In this document: one piece after another, positions 29,020 to 45,075 of the stretch
How the letters are laid out: the number at the start of each line of letters is the position of its first letter
Position numbering within the stretch: position 1 is the stretch's first letter
Assembly (NCBI GenBank): GCA_964016885.1
Contig: OZ024743.1
Location: 312,790,001-312,854,000 of the forward strand
Length of the DNA stretch: 64,000 bases
DNA from: Eledone cirrhosa
Lineage: Eukaryota
Direction of reading: 5' to 3'
Translations under genes and position numbers: made by a program
Notes under the pieces: generated by a model
Told to the model about the DNA's origin: nothing
The model's input: the letters and a program-made list of their open reading frames with translations, nothing else
The model's database searches: none

Positions 29020-30200
29020 AAAGACCAGTAATTTACCCACTCAGTGCATATCATACATTTAATGAGTTCATTTCAACACACTTCCTACATATTGCACATG
29101 GCCAATTTCCTGTTCTTTCCATCTCACCAAATACCTTACCACTTGCCATCACCTTTATCTTTCAAATATTCACCATCATACCTTTTGCCACCATACATTC
29201 TTTCTACCTATTCATCTCAGTCCATCCATAATGCTATTAACACCAGGTCATCTACATACAGAGACTCCCATAGTAAACCTTCCTTTACACTTCAGGTCAT
29301 TACCTCCATCACAACTATTTCACTTAATACTGATCCCTACTGCATTCCAAACTCGTCATTGTTCCTGTTTTTCATCTTTATAACCATATGTACTTTCTTA
29401 AACATTATCATCACTATTCTAACCAACCATTCCTCCACTTCTAACTCTTACAATGCCTATAGAACTACTTCACATTGAATCCTATTGAAAATACAAATTC
29501 TTACTCTTATCCCTATACTTGTCTCAACATATAAACTGCATCAGTTGTTTCTTTTCCTGGCACAAATTGAAACTGCATTTCATCAATATTCCCTCTAACA
29601 CTCTTTCCAACACCTTTATTCCATGTTCCAGTAGCTTAATTGCTTTACACAAGTCACTTCTCTTGTACAGAAAGATGAGAATACTCAACTCCCAATCCAC
29701 TTTTCAGAGATTCCAAACACACCCAAATTAATTTGTGTCATCTTCTAACATACTCAGTTTCTCCTTTAGAGCCTCTCTCACAGTTGCCTCTTTTAACCTC
29801 CACACCTTCAGCCTAAGCTCCCCACCCCCAGATCACAGACAACTAGATGGTGCCATGTAACAACCTCCTACTCTGGGATTACCTTTATAACATGAAAGAT
29901 CCTCCTATCTCATCCATTTACCATTAGGTGGTCAACAGTTGACAATGCCTCATCTGATGTGTATGTAACGAGTTTGTTGCCTTCATTCTGGAATTGAGTG
30001 ATACAAATTGACATAGCAGCTTTTTCAGCAAACTCCCAAATCCTTTCACCCTCTTCATTCCTCATACCATACCCATAGCCTGTATAGACTCTATCAAAAC
30101 CATTCATAGTCCTTCCAACGTGTTCATTCCACCCTGCCCCATCTTTTATGAGTTCAATTGTCTCCTCTATTGCACAGCAAAGCTTGTCTTTCTCTTCAAC
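29020..30200 (-). mobile_element. Ancient RTE fragment including the APE endonuclease end and RT remnants
   Basis: NGFDRVYTGYGYGMRNEEGERIWEFAEK...LVTYTS...VDH is typical of the RTE endonuclease C-terminal region. Confidence 0.7.
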
Positions 30201-30464
30201 ACTCTGCTTTGCCTTGTCACAAACTGAGTTATGTGGAAATTCACTGAGAATTAATTTGTGAGTTCATATCAGAGGGTGGAGACACATGGCCTAGGGTCAT
30301 AGGTGTTGAACTTATAATATCATGGGTTTGATTCCTGGAACAGGTTGTGTGTTGTGTTCTTGAGCAAAATACTTCATTTCACATTGCTCCAATATACTCA
30401 AATGAAAATGAATACCAGCAATAGCTGGAGGTTTAAAACTGCTATGGACTGGCAACCTGTATGC

Positions 30465-31385
30465 TATAGATCTTTCCTACAATCAAACCTGGACACAATG
30501 CAGCAATGGAGTATAGACTGGCAACTCAAGCTGGCTATGGACAAGTGTACCCCCCCCCCCCCTGCATTTTGGGAGGAAAAACCCAGCTTTCATATACTCT
30601 CTCCACAACACCAATCTCAAGAAGTCTTCTTGTGAACGTGACCTGGGCATTATTGTCAATAGTGATTTGCATTGGACAAAGCACATTTCTAAAATTGTCA
30701 AGAAAGCTGAGGGTCGCTTAACATCACTCAGTAAGACCTTTGTCAGTCGCTCTCCAACTATCTATTTAAAACTGTATATAGTTATGGTGCATCCACACTT
30801 AGAATTTGCATTACCAGTCTGGAACCCCTATCTTGCTCAGAATGATCTGGAAACTGTTCAGAAACATGCAACCAAGTGAATACCCTCCATCAGGCATCTA
30901 CCATACTCTGAACGTCTTGCTTCGCTGGGTGTGAATACATTAAAGCTCCGATGCCTGGCAACTAACTTAGTAGACACCCACAAGATTATTAACCATCTTT
31001 CAAACAACAACCCTGGGCACCTTTTAGAATTCCATATCGCTAACACCCATGGACATGCTTCAAAATCAGAAAACGATACAGCTCCCATGACTTTTGGAAA
31101 CATTATTTCCTGCTCAGATTTGCTGAAGCATGGAACAAACTACTTTCTCAGGACACTGCATCCTTCAAAACTTTCATGCTTCCTGAAATTCACCAACACT
31201 ACACCTGATATTCCCCCTCCATACACATTTGCATACACACACGTGTATTTGTGTGTGTGTGTATGTGCCATGACTCATACACTGTTCACTTTCCTGACTT
31301 TTGTACATTATTCTATGTATTATACAGGCACTTTTGATGAGTTGTAGTGCACCTGAACACTGTACATAATCATTTTCATTATTAT
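30465..31385 (+). mobile_element. CR1-clade LINE 3' fragment
   Basis: LQSNLDTMQQWSIDWQLKL..KC, HISKIVKKA, LKLY..MVHPHLEFA.PVWNPY, LETVQKHATK, LPYSERLASL. The 3' UTR GAGTTGTAGTGCACCTGA recurs at 33550-33830 (+) and 51695-51786 (-). Confidence 0.85.
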
Positions 31386-33450
31386 TTAAAGAAACCATTA
31401 TTATTATATATATAAGGCATTGAGAACTAACAGATAGGTGTGATGAGTCACCAAGATATTTCATTAATTATGAGCTGAATGGAAATATATACCTTCATCT
31501 AGTGTTACCTGGATTCCCATCATCTGGTGATCAGTTTACAAAATAAATGCATTCTAATTTAAACAGGACCATATAATTACTAGGGGTCCTGTTGTGAATT
31601 GAAGACCCTTACGTTATTTTTTAAGGGGTAGGGTAGCTGAGACAGTGTACTGGAGTGACAAATTGAAGTGCCAAAAGGGGCCCAAAATAGCTGAAAGCGT
31701 AGAAGCCTGGCTTTGGATTAATATGGACTAGAATTTAACAGTATTGATACCAAACTACCTGCAACTGCTCTGGTTCTATAATACAATATTGTTTTTAAAT
31801 GTTTATATTTATCGAAAAGCCTACTCAAATAATTTTATCTAAGAACATTTATTAAACAACAATTAATAGCTATATTACTAAATCCCTCCAAATTCTTGAT
31901 TATTTTCCAAATTATTTGAAAATCATAGGCAGTGTCTTTCATTAGAAATATGGAAAGAAAGAGTTAATGTGTTTATATTTATCTAAATAATAACCTTTGT
32001 TAATCCTTTAGTATTTAAACCGGTCATATCCGGCTAAAATTCTCTTTCTATTCAAACTGGCTGCTCATACTGATATTAATCTATTGTTCTCAAAATAAAT
32101 AATATCAAAATCTTGAAGATTCGATATTATGTGATATAATTATGTGAAATAAAGTGTTTATCATGAAAATACAATAGTAAATATAGAGCAACATAAATGC
32201 TAAAGAGTTAATATATATTCCAAACACCATCTTAATAATGAAAAAGTTTAATCTGAAGTGACTACAGTCCCACGCCAAGACATTGGAGCAACTTATTCAA
32301 GAGTTACTTTTTGTCAATGCTACTACCTTAATTGCCCACACAGATCAGTCTTGCAGTATATAACACTAAAAAAAATCTAAAGACTGTCTCAAGCCTGAAA
32401 GCTCATCAGGCCAGTACTTATCCCAATTTTCACGGCATGAAATAACTGTCAGTACAAGACTCCCTACTAGACAGGACGCCAGTTCATCGCAGGGTTAAAA
32501 CTACAGCTGTTGCTGGTATTCATTTTCAACTGAGTATATTGGAGCAATATGAAATGAAGTGTTTTGCTCAATAACATAACACACAACCCAGTCCAGGAAT
32601 TGAACCCAAAACATTATGATCCTAAGTTCAACACGCCACTACGCCAGATTCAACTTAAAATACTAGATACATGATTCAATGAGACTAATATAGCAATTAG
32701 AAATGTACATTTATTTGAAATGATTTTCCTTAGAAAAAGATCATGTTTTACTTCCAGGAGATGCTCACAGAAAATAAACATTTGTTGAACCATTACAGTG
32801 TAGGGTTTATTGCTCACTTTTCATAAACGGACCTGGGCAGAGGAGGTGAGAGCTGATCTCAAATTACTGAGACTCACAGAGGAGATGATGAAGAAACACA
32901 ACAAGTGGAGAGATACTGCGCTGAAAAGGACCCGCCCAACCCATGCAAGCATGAAAAAATGATGTCAATATAAATGTTACAGATATTTTTTTTTTAGCTG
33001 ATCCTCAGATTGAAACGAGATGGAAACAATTAGAAATATATTCTGATTATTGCTATAATTGAAAATCACACCATCCTAATGGTATTATAATTGTAATATT
33101 ACAATCATACCAACTTTTTTGTGGTATTACAATTGTGTGAAGATAAGTGGCTTAGTAGTTAGAGTGTCTGGCTCACAATCATATGACCATCAGTTCTATT
33201 TCAGACATCACATTGTCTCCTTAAGCAAAACATTTCATTTTATATTGCTCCAGTCTACTCAACTGGTAAAAATGTGTTGTACCTGTAATTCAAAGGGCTC
33301 ACCTTGTTACTCACTAAATCTCCTTGAGTACATCTTTATTAAAAGTACTCGTCTGTGGAAAACTTGACCACTTGCATATTATCTTTAGAAGCGGACTATT
33401 CTGTTATGCCAACAACTGAAGCTCTTGCTGTTGGAACCCAAGATGGTCCA

Positions 33451-33482
<32 letters not shown>

Positions 33483-34129
33483 TCAATTGTAATATTCAGT
33501 ATTACAACCAATTCATTGCTAAGGCCATATCTAAGAAAAGTAGTTCTAGCATGCTTAGAGTTGCTGAAGCATGGAACAAACTACCTGCATTGGTTGTTAG
33601 CTGTCAGGAAACTACATCCTTCAAAACTTGAATGCTTCCTGAAATTCATCATCCCTACACCTGATATTTCCCTGCCATACACACAGCCGCATGTGTGTGT
33701 ATCTGTGTGTATATCAGAACTCATATACTGTTTACTTTCCTGAAATTTGTACATTATTCTATGTGCTATACATGCACCTTTGATGAGTTGTAGTGCACCT
33801 GAGCACTGCACACAATATTTTTCATTATCATCATTATTATTATAACTAACATCCTTACCACCATCATCATCATCACTATCACCATAATCATTTTTTTAAT
33901 GTTCACTTTTGCCATGCTTGCATAAATTGAGACAAAACATTTTATGGCAGGTTTTTCTACAGTCAAATACATTCTATGCCCCCCCCCCCTTTTTACTTTT
34001 TACATATGGAATACACCAGGAAACAGAAAAAGGAAAGGGAAAGAAGAAAAAGAAAAAAAGAATATCAAGCAATGAAGGAAAGGGAAAAAAGGAAGGTGGG
34101 ACAGACTCAACACCCCAGTCTGAGTGGTG

Positions 34130-34620
34130 ATTCAGTTGTGCCCTGCAGACAGAATGGCAAAGGCATTGCCACAGAGAATGGCCAGTGACACCTGCGGAAA
34201 CAGCCATCCCACCTCGCAGGGCTCCTTCCTCTGGTGGGCTGCTATCTTTCCAATTTTGCAGAGGAAATCAGCAGTGTGGGGACCATGGATACCAATAAAC
34301 ATTCATTACACCTCTATGGGATTTGCACCTAGAAAGTTCCCCACCGAGGCACCGGGCAAGCTTGTTTGAGGAAGACCAGCAGTCGCCCATACATACCGGT
34401 CTCCTCTCTCCATGCCACTGATGTTATCCAAGGGAAATACAAAGGCCAATACAGCTTGGTACCACTGACGTCGCAACTCATCTACAGCTGAGTAAACTGG
34501 AGCAACATGAAATAAAATGTCTTGCTCAAGAACACAATGCAAAGCCCAGTCTGAGAATCAAACTTACAACCTCATGATTGTAAGCCCAACACTCTAACCA
34601 CTAACCCGTGCACCTTCACA
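34130..34620 (-). mobile_element. tRNA/CORE-like SINE with a long GC-richer body
   Basis: Head at 34480-34620 is shared with the other SINEs, followed by a distinct body. Confidence 0.65.
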
Positions 34621-35118
34621 TCTGTGGAGCAGGATTTATTGTTTATGGGGGGTATAAACTACGTCATGGTTTGTTTTTATAAACAGTGTCGATATCATGT
34701 TTAAGATTGCTGACATACATACATGCATACAAACATACATACAAACATACATACATACATATTTTTAAAAGATTATACATGGTTAGAATGGTGTGTAATA
34801 TATTACAGCTAAAACAATACCAGTGATTCACGAGCCAAGGGTTTCATGCTTGATTCACAATTTCAAACTGGTTTGAAAATATTCATTAAATACAAAACTC
34901 CTGGACCTCACCTCACTAGTATAGCTCAATAGCACAGTTATAATAAATTACATATAATACACACATACACACAAAAATGTTGTTAAGATTCAAATACACT
35001 GACTTCTTCCTTATATATATACAATATTGAATATATGTATATATATATGTGTATATATATATATACATATATATATATATGTATATATATATATGTATAT
35101 ATATGTATATACATACAT

Positions 35119-35181
<63 letters not shown>

Positions 35182-35188
35182 CATACAT

Positions 35189-35259
<71 letters not shown>

Positions 35260-35347
35260 CCTGAATGTGTAGTTGTAATGACTAAAGAAAGAGCCCTCAA
35301 TATGTAACCATAGAGGTAAATATACTATATCGTGTTATATATATATA

Positions 35348-35933
<586 letters not shown>

Positions 35934-36013
35934 GTTATTGGTTGAATCGGAGGTAACCACAGTAAGTAAGGTACTCAATACATAGCAGAGTATAAAAGTT
36001 TTAATATAGATGA

Positions 36014-36062
36014 GATTCTACAGGACTAGAACTGTTTCATTCTTTAGAAATCATCAGGAATC
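36014..36062 (-). ncRNA. Type I hammerhead ribozyme motif (mirror copy)
   Basis: Exact reverse complement of 36071-36119, within palindrome 35996-36137. Confidence 0.8.
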
Positions 36063-36070
36063 CCTGATAT

Positions 36071-36119
36071 GATTCCTGATGATTTCTAAAGAATGAAACA
36101 GTTCTAGTCCTGTAGAATC
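36071..36119 (+). ncRNA. Type I hammerhead ribozyme motif
   Basis: GAUUC CUGAUGA UUUCU-AA-AGAAU GAAA CAG-UUCUAGUC-CUG UA|GAAUC. Stem I GAUUC/GAAUC, intact core, stem III ACAG/CUGU, GUA cleavage triplet. The 10.1-11.1 position is U.U. Confidence 0.8.
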
Positions 36120-36196
36120 TCATGTATATTAAAACTTATATACATATATATATATACATATATATATATACGTATATATATATATATATATGTATA

Positions 36197-36245
<49 letters not shown>

Positions 36246-36246
36246 G

Positions 36247-36355
<109 letters not shown>

Positions 36356-36372
36356 CTATATATATATATATA

Positions 36373-36558
<186 letters not shown>

Positions 36559-36640
36559 TATATAACACGATATAGTATATTTACCTCTATGGTTACATAT
36601 TGAGGGCTCTTTCTTTAGTCATTACAACTACACATTCGGG

Positions 36641-36702
<62 letters not shown>

Positions 36703-37496
36703 TATGTATGTATGTATGTATGTATCATTAAATATTCAAAGCTAATTAAGTAGATGCTCTGACAAGCTATAAAATAAATAATATAATCATTATATGGTAG
36801 AACTAAGGACAGTTTGATGTGGTTTGATATAAAAGGGTTAAAACTAACCCAATTATATGAAACAGGAAAAGAATTAAGGCAAGAAAGTAAAGAAAAAACC
36901 CCATATAAAGGCAAAACAAATAAAATACTAAATAACATGCATATTATATATAATACCTTAGATTTTTGTTGAAAGTTGAAACTGATACAATATAGACATT
37001 ACTTTACCACCAATAAATAAATGAAGGCACACGTTTACAATATTTGGTAACATCTTGTATTTAGACTTTCACTATGAAAAGGTTGAATATTCACTTTTCA
37101 TTGGTTATTTCAACTAATTTGTCACACACCACTCTTACCAAAGCGGAAGTGAGTAGCTTCAACTTATTAAAGCTTCCACCAGCTCTATTGATTGATTCAT
37201 TGATCTGTCAGTTCAATAATTGCTTAAATACCAGAACAGAATTTTTTTAAACTGATGATTTTTTGTTACCTCATGGATTATTATATCAACTCAAAGCAGA
37301 ATTCTTATTTAACCTTTTCATTACCATATTTCTAATGAAAGATACTGTCTATATTTTTCAAGTAATTTGAAAATAATCAAGAACTTTAAGGTATTTTGTA
37401 AGAGAATTAACATTCTCATTATCAGGCAAGAGTTTGGAACATAACTTAACCAAAGTTCTTACATATAATTATAATGTAAGGCTTTTAGCTAAATAA

Positions 37497-37878
37497 TGGA
37501 GGCACATGGCTTAGTGGTTAGAGCATTGGCCTTGCAATCAATTCTCAGACTGGGTGATGTGTTGTTTCCTTGAGCAAGACACTTTATTTCACATTGCTCC
37601 AGTTTACTCAGCTGTAGAAATGAGATGATAGGGACTGGGGTCCCTATCATTCCACTGCAAAGTGGTCGTGGAGGTGCCACGGCAAAAAAGCACCCAGCCC
37701 ACACTGTAAAGTGGACGTGTAGGCGCCACGGAAAAAAAGCACCCAGCACTCACTGTAAATGAGGTTGGTGTTAGGAAGGGCATCCAGCTGTAGAAATCAA
37801 GCCAGAATCAGTTCCCGTCCCACCCTTGCAAGCAGGGAAAAGGGGACGTAAAATGAAATGATAAAATGATGATGATGA
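37497..37878 (+). mobile_element. Same SINE family
   Basis: A box, deleted B-box region, body and tail. Confidence 0.88.
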
Positions 37879-39144
37879 ATGCATGGATGATAATCATTGG
37901 GTGAAGAGGTGTCAGGAGGTCAATGTAAAGGGAAGCTGCAGTAGAAGAAGACCAAGGAAAATGTGAACAGAAGTGGTGCACATCTGAAAACACTGAATTT
38001 CACAGAGAGAAGGAAGAAGCACAAGTGGAGGAAAGTTGCACTGAAACAACACAGACAATCCATGAAAACAGAAAACTGGACGTAAAAAAGATGTTGACGA
38101 TAGGTACTTTCAAATAAATAGCAGTTTCAGGCTATTTGATATCAAAATGGTTAGAATGAAATTAGTGAATGGTATCATTAATATTCACTAGCAGAAAAAC
38201 CACCCTCCGGGTAGTTTTCTGCTAGTATCTGTAGTGTGGATATTGATATTATACGCAGGTATATATGCATGTAGGTATGATATGTCAAATAAAATCGTAA
38301 TGCACAGAAATTGAAGAGAAACTGTGTTACACTCTCATCTGTAACCAGTAAAGTAATCCATGATACATTAAAGAAAAGGATGATATTATATATAAACTGC
38401 ATTACGGCAAAATGTTATGAAAACGAAAAAGGAGTAAATTAGCAACAGAAATATAAAAGTTATGATGCAAATATATGAACGTTTATGTAAGCGATGTGAT
38501 ATAGCATACGACTAAGTGTTAAGATATAATGGACGATAACCAGAAGTGAAGACATTTGAAAATTTTAAAGAAGTGAATCTTAACATAAGCTATACATTAC
38601 TTATATATAAGAATATTTATGTTTAATAAACAGCTCTGAAATTTAGTAGATAAATTACATAATATTCATTCACGATTTATTCCAAGTAATCCAACGTATT
38701 TTAATAACGTGTTCAGAAAAAATATCCCTGACACAGTCTTGCAGTCCTCCAATCATTTGATGCAGAGAGTTACGGCCCTTGCCATTCTGAGTTCAAATCC
38801 CGCCGAGGTTAACTTTGCCTTTCATCCTTACGGGGTCGATAAAATAAAGTACCAGTAATGTACTGGGTAATTGCTGGCCTTGTGCCAAAAGTAGAAACAA
38901 TTATATATTAGATTCTTGCTTTAGGCTCAAGGCCAGAAAATTTGAGGGAAAGGCAAAGTTCATAAAATCAACCCTAGTATTCGATAGCTATTTTATCAAC
39001 CTCAGAAGGACGAAAGGCAAAGTTCACTTTGCTAGGATTTTAACATGGTATGGTATCATTAATAAAGATAATTAAACCTTAACTGGATTAAATGTTAGAT
39101 TTTTTTAATATTTAAAAATATTTGAACAAATAACCTGCTTTTGA

Positions 39145-39890
39145 TACTATCATACTGATATCACTGTTACTAATATCATACCAACATCACTGTTACTATC
39201 ATACCAAAATCACTGTTACTAATATCATACCAACATCACTGTTACTAATATCATACCAACATCACTGTTACTAATATCATACTAACATCACTGTTACTAA
39301 TATCATACCAACATCACTGTTACTAATATCATACCAACATCACTGTTACTAATATCATACCAACATCACTGTTACTAATATCATACCAACATCACTGTTA
39401 CTAATATCATACCAACATCACTGTTACTAATATCATACCAACATCACTGTTACTAATATCATACTGATATCACTGTTACTAATATCATACTGATATCACT
39501 GTTACTAATATCATATCAACATCACTGTTACTATCATACCAACATCACTGTTAGTAATATCATACCAACATCACTGTTACTATCATACCAAAATCACTGT
39601 TACTAATATCATACCAACATCACTGTTACTATCATACCAACATCACTGTTACTAATATCATACCAACATCACTGTTACTATCATACCAACATCACTGTTA
39701 CTAATATCATACCAACATCACTGTTACTATCATACCAACATCACTGTTACTAATATCATACCAACATCACTATTACGAATATATACCAACATCACTGTTA
39801 CTAGTAAACCAGCATTACTGTCACTAATATCATACCAACATCATTGTTACTACCATAGTGATATCATTGTAACTAATATCATACCGAAAT
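39145..39890. repeat. 26/23-bp minisatellite
   Basis: ATACCAACATCACTGTTACT(AAT)ATC, about 28 copies. Confidence 0.95.
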
Positions 39891-40598
39891 AATATTGACA
39901 GGATTGTTACTATCATTTCAATATATTTTATAGGTACTTTTAAAGATATTGCCTGTAAAGTGGTTGATAGATGAACCAAGGCAACTTAGGATAGAAAGGA
40001 CACTTTAGTCTTGTCGAGAACTTGATAATCTTTCTAATGGAGTACCATGATAAAATTCACCCAGTACCCTCTGTAAAGTGGTTGGTGATCAAACAGAAAC
40101 ACATGGTAGACAGCATTTTTCAGTCATGCTTGGTACATGATGACTTCTCTGATGTTGGCACCAGGATACAATACACCTAATACACTCTGTAAAGTGGTTA
40201 GTGTTAGGTAGGATATCCAGTCACAGAAACCATGCCAAACAGAAACCTTTCCAAAATATGGAATGTATGAGCAAAATGTGGTTATCTACCTATTTTGTCT
40301 CAGACTGTGACAACCCAGCCAACCCATGCTAACATGGAAAACAGTTATAAATAAAGATGATGATGATAATGATGATACTGTTGTTGATACTGATGATGTA
40401 AAGAAAATAATTAGCTGAATTACTGGACAAGAAGTTACACATTCAATTCTTGTCACATATAATTTATAGTGTCATAAGGCCAGACTAATTACTTTACTGA
40501 ACAACTTAATGATTATACTTTCTAGATTTATTGATTGCTATTAAAATATTGACCACAACAAAAAAATAATGAACTTACAATATCATCATCATCATCAT

Positions 40599-41110
40599 CA
40601 TTTTATCTCCATGAGTTAGATGGTTCATCATCGACTGAGTTAGTTAATAGAAGCTACTGCCCTCCTTGATAAATCAGATGACCATGTCTTGCTAATATGT
40701 TCCATTTTATCTCCATGAGTTAGATGGTTCATCACAGACTGAGTTAATAGAAGCTACTGCCCTCCTTGATAAATCAGATGACCATGTCTTGCTAATATGT
40801 TCCATTTTATCTCCATGAGTTAGCTGGTTCATCACAGACTGAGTTAATAGAAGCTACTGCCCTCCTTGATAAATCAGATGACCATGTCTTGCTAATATGT
40901 TCCATTTTATCTCTATGAGTTAGATGGTTCATCACAGACTGAGTTAATAGAAGCTACTGCTCTCCTTGATAAATCAGATGACCATGTCTTGCTAATATGT
41001 TCCATTTTATCTCCATGAGTTAGCTGGTTCATCACAGACTGAGTTAATAGAAGCTATTGCCCTCCTTGATAAATCAGAAGAACATGTCTTGCTAGTATGT
41101 TCCATTTTTG
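40599..41110. repeat. 100-bp tandem repeat x5 inside an RTE/SINE 3' tail remnant
   Basis: TCCATTTT recurs at 40701, 40801, 40901, 41001 and 41101; preceded by (CAT)n. Confidence 0.92.
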
Positions 41111-42669
41111 GCATGGTTTCTATAACTGGATGTCCTACCTAACACCAAGCACTTTACAGAGTGTACTGGGTGCATATTATTGTGGTACCAACACAAGAGA
41201 GGGTGTCTTCAGCAGAACTAAAGTGTTCTCTCAACCCAATGTTGTTTATATTCGATCATTAACCACTTTACAGAGTGTACTAGGTGTATTATTGTGGCAC
41301 CAACACACTGATGTTCCCTTGTATCCTGTGAGATCGAAGAGTACTCACTATATATTTTTTTTTTCATTTAAGGTAACACAATCAAGAGAGTTAAATGGAA
41401 AAGAGATCAATGACAGAAGAATTAATCATAATTTAATATCTGCTATCTCTGCTATGTATCTAGTGGACAGGTTGTCAAGGCCTGAGTCTAGACATGTCAG
41501 AGAGTCACTTCTTGCTCATGTTTCATTTTTTGGCTCAAGTTCCACAGTTGGATGCCCTTCCTAATGCCAACCACTTAACAAGCCTCTGACTCTTATGATC
41601 TTTCTCATAATCCATATGCTTCTCATTCAAGAAGGTAAATACATATGTATGTCTTTATGTATTTGTGTATGTGTGAGTATGTGTGTATGTATTTGTGTGT
41701 GGGTATGTATGTTGTCATTGTTGAGGTGTGAGTAGGCCTGAGAACGCACTCTACTAAAATACCTGAAATAGCTTGCATCACATATAGTCTCAGATAACCG
41801 AAGTCTAGCTCCTGTCCTTTCCATGGCCTATATGTTTGGAACAGGCTATTTCCTTTCAAATATAAGGAAAATGTAAGCAATTGAATGACAACAATGGACA
41901 ACCTTATCTGCTGCTAAAACACAAACACACACACATATATATATATATATTTATATATATATATGCTTAAACGCTATATTTTAGCAGGATTTCTACAGGT
42001 GGATGCCCTTCCTAACACCAACAACTTTACAGAGTGTACTGGGTACATTTAATTTAAAAGCAGATGTAAAATGATGATGATGTGAATAAATAAAATTTTA
42101 CTACAATATATGATCCAGCAGTCTATTTGATATCATAATAATTGACTGGATCAAAGTGATTTTATGAAATAAACTTCTTTATTCACTTATTCAGTGTATA
42201 TAGAGTGTAAGTGCACTTACTTCAATCGGAAGAAAAAAATAAGCCATCTTTACTACAGTCTATTCAATGTTATCAATATAGTATTCATCACATGTATATT
42301 TACTCCAATTATTTTCTGCTCTTTTAAGTTTGGATATTTTCCAAATGTATGAAAGTTCTGTGATAATGATAGCTGGACAAACATGTTATCCAACTTCTGG
42401 ATCTTTACCAAAACTACTATTTTATCAGTTATGTTGTTTATATTCTAACACTAAATACTTATGATTTGAGAGAATTTTCTAATAACTTCCTCTATTAATA
42501 ATTTTATTGCAATATTTCTGCTCTCAGTACTGCCAAAGTAGAAGACTCAATTCAGTCTGGTTCATTTGTATAAAGACTTAGCAACGAGGTAATAGCATTT
42601 ATTTTAACATATCTTTCAGCTATACTGAAGACTTCACTCATGGCTCAGAAGCTCTGTGGAATCACTGGA

Positions 42670-43045
42670 AGGCATTCAACCACCTGAGAACATGAATGGG
42701 GTGATCGAAAGCTGCTTTGGTCAGATGGGGCTATAGGATTGGCTCAGCCACCTGAGAATGTGGAGAACTTGGTGATCAAAAGCTGCTGTGGTCAGATAGA
42801 GCAACACAACTAGCTCAGCCATTTGAGAACATGATCAGGATGATCATAAGCTGCTTTCATCATTTAGACCTACAAGACTGGCTCAACCACCTGAGAACAA
42901 GAACGGGGTGATCAAAAGTTGCTTTGGTCAGTTAGATCTACAGGACTGGCACAGTCATTTGAGAAATAGGCCAGGGTGATCAAAAGCTGCTTTGGTCAGG
43001 TGGGGCTATAGAATGGGCTCAGTAACCTGAGAATGTGGAGAAGCA
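42670..43045. repeat. Degenerate tandem repeat, unit about 68-70 bp, 5-6 copies
   Basis: CACCTGAGAA...GGTGATCAAAAGCTGCTTTGGTCAG...GGCTCAGC units. Confidence 0.8.
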
Positions 43046-43366
43046 AATCAGACTATAGAGCACTGTTTTGTCTGCTCTATGCTATACAACAAAAGACCTG
43101 CAGACTTCAATGAAAATTTAAAAATCAGTGTGGAAACAACCACTGTGCATGTGTGTGCATGTATATGGGTATCATCACCATTTTATGTCCATTTTCCCAT
43201 GCTTTCATGGTTTAGAGGAGTCCTTTCCAGAACACCATATCTCCCCTCCTTACAATCCTCATCAACCTGGCTGTGAGATTCAGTGACTTGAGATCAACTT
43301 TGTCAACCTCTGCTCCAGTCTTCCTATTGTAGCTCCCTTCCACTGAGATTTCTTGATATATGTATG

Positions 43367-43439
<73 letters not shown>

Positions 43440-43466
43440 TCATATATATACACACACACATATATT

Positions 43467-43523
<57 letters not shown>

Positions 43524-43627
43524 ATACACACAAACATACACACATATATAAACATACAAACACACATATATACACACATATAGACATACAACCATATACA
43601 TATCCATATATACACAGAGAGACTTAC

Positions 43628-43667
<40 letters not shown>

Positions 43668-44169
43668 ATATTCATATACACACACACAAGCAGGCATACA
43701 TGCATATATACAGACATATACTCACAGAGGCATATATATGCGCCCACAGACACATTTATATGCACACAGACACTCATCCTCATATACATACATATAAATC
43801 TATATCCATATATACACAGATACACACATACACACATGCATGTGTCAGTGTATGGGTGCGTGTATATACACCTATGGACACGAGGGACATGCCACCACAC
43901 AGACACACACATGCATGCACAGATACATATATGTACACATAGACATGTGCACAGGTACCCGCATACCTCCACACACCCAGTTGCATGTATAGACATGGAC
44001 ACAGATGAGTACCCAGAGGCACCCGTAGCTAGCATAGTAGGGAAAGCTTCAATATTCATGCGGGGTGTCCATATTAGTTCATAGACTGTAGAGGTGACAT
44101 GTTGGTAAGAACAACAATAAAACATTGTAATGGTATCAATAATGGTAATAACATTATAATAATAACAAT

Positions 44170-44925
44170 AATTGTTTCTACTTTAGGCACAAGGCCAGCA
44201 ATTACCCAGTGCATTACTGGTACTTTATTTTATCGACCCCGTAAGGATGAAAGGCAAAGTTAACCTCGGCGGGATTTGAACTCAGAATGACAAGGGCCAT
44301 AACTCTGCGTCAAAGCATGGCGTCCGACCCTCTACTGATACTGCCAATCCACCACCCCTTTATTATAATAATAATAATAATGACATTATTGATGATCATA
44401 ATAATGATTTCTACTATAGGCACAAGGCCAGCAATTTTGGGTGAGGGGAAAGTCGATTAAATCGACCCCAGTACATTACTGGTGCTTTATCTTATTGACC
44501 CCATAAGGATGAAAGGCAAAGTTGACCTCAGCGGGATTTGAACTCAGATCATAAAATGCCGTAACTCTATGCTGGAAAGTATGGCGTCCGACCCTCTACT
44601 GATTCTGCCAGTCAAGGCCAACAATTTGGGAGGGAGGGAAAAGTCGATTAAATCGACCCCAATACGTTACTGGGCTTTCTTTTATCAACCGTGTAAGGAT
44701 GAAAGGCAAAGCTAACCTCAGCAGGATTTGTCTGACACTCTGTCAATACTGCCAATCCACTGTACTTATAATAATGATAATGATTTCTAATATAGGCACA
44801 AGGCCAGCAATTTGGGTAGAAAGGGAATGTTGATTAAATTGACCTCAGTGCATTACTGGTGCTTTATTTTATTGACCCCGTAAGGATGAAAGGCAAAGCT
44901 AACCTCGGCGGGATTTGAACTCACC

Positions 44926-44956
<31 letters not shown>

Positions 44957-45075
44957 TGTTTCTACTTTTGGCACAAGGCCAGCAATTACCCAATGTATTA
45001 CTGGTACTTTATTTTATTGACCCCGTAAGGATGAAAGGCAAAGTTAACCTCGGCGGGATTTGAACTCAGAATGGA
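44170..45075 (-). mobile_element. Head-to-tail cluster of about 5 Nin/Deu-domain-like SINE units separated mostly by (AAT)n
   Basis: Repeated GAGTTCAAATCCCGCCGAGGTTAACTTTGCCTTTCATCCTTACGGGGTCGATAAAATAAAGTACCAG on the minus strand. Solo copies lie at 19055-19228, 38760-38905, 24320-24490 and 18675-18745. Confidence 0.8.

Noticed and set aside
32383-32420. CTGATGA-GC...GC-TTGAGAC in a SINE 3' end (minus)
   Set aside because: GAGA rather than GAAA, and the motif is not conserved in the other copies of this SINE.
37139-37204. Possible 66-nt minus-strand cassette exon (ag|INESINRAGGSFNKLKLLTSAL|gtaag)
   Set aside because: Weak polypyrimidine tract. It is open only in phase 0, whereas the 16710 exon needs a phase-2 partner, and no homology was recognised. 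RNA-seq would be needed.
39145-41110. 26-bp and 100-bp arrays as possible CRISPR or retrozyme arrays
   Set aside because: Units are contiguous without variable spacers, and no HHR core was found in the units.
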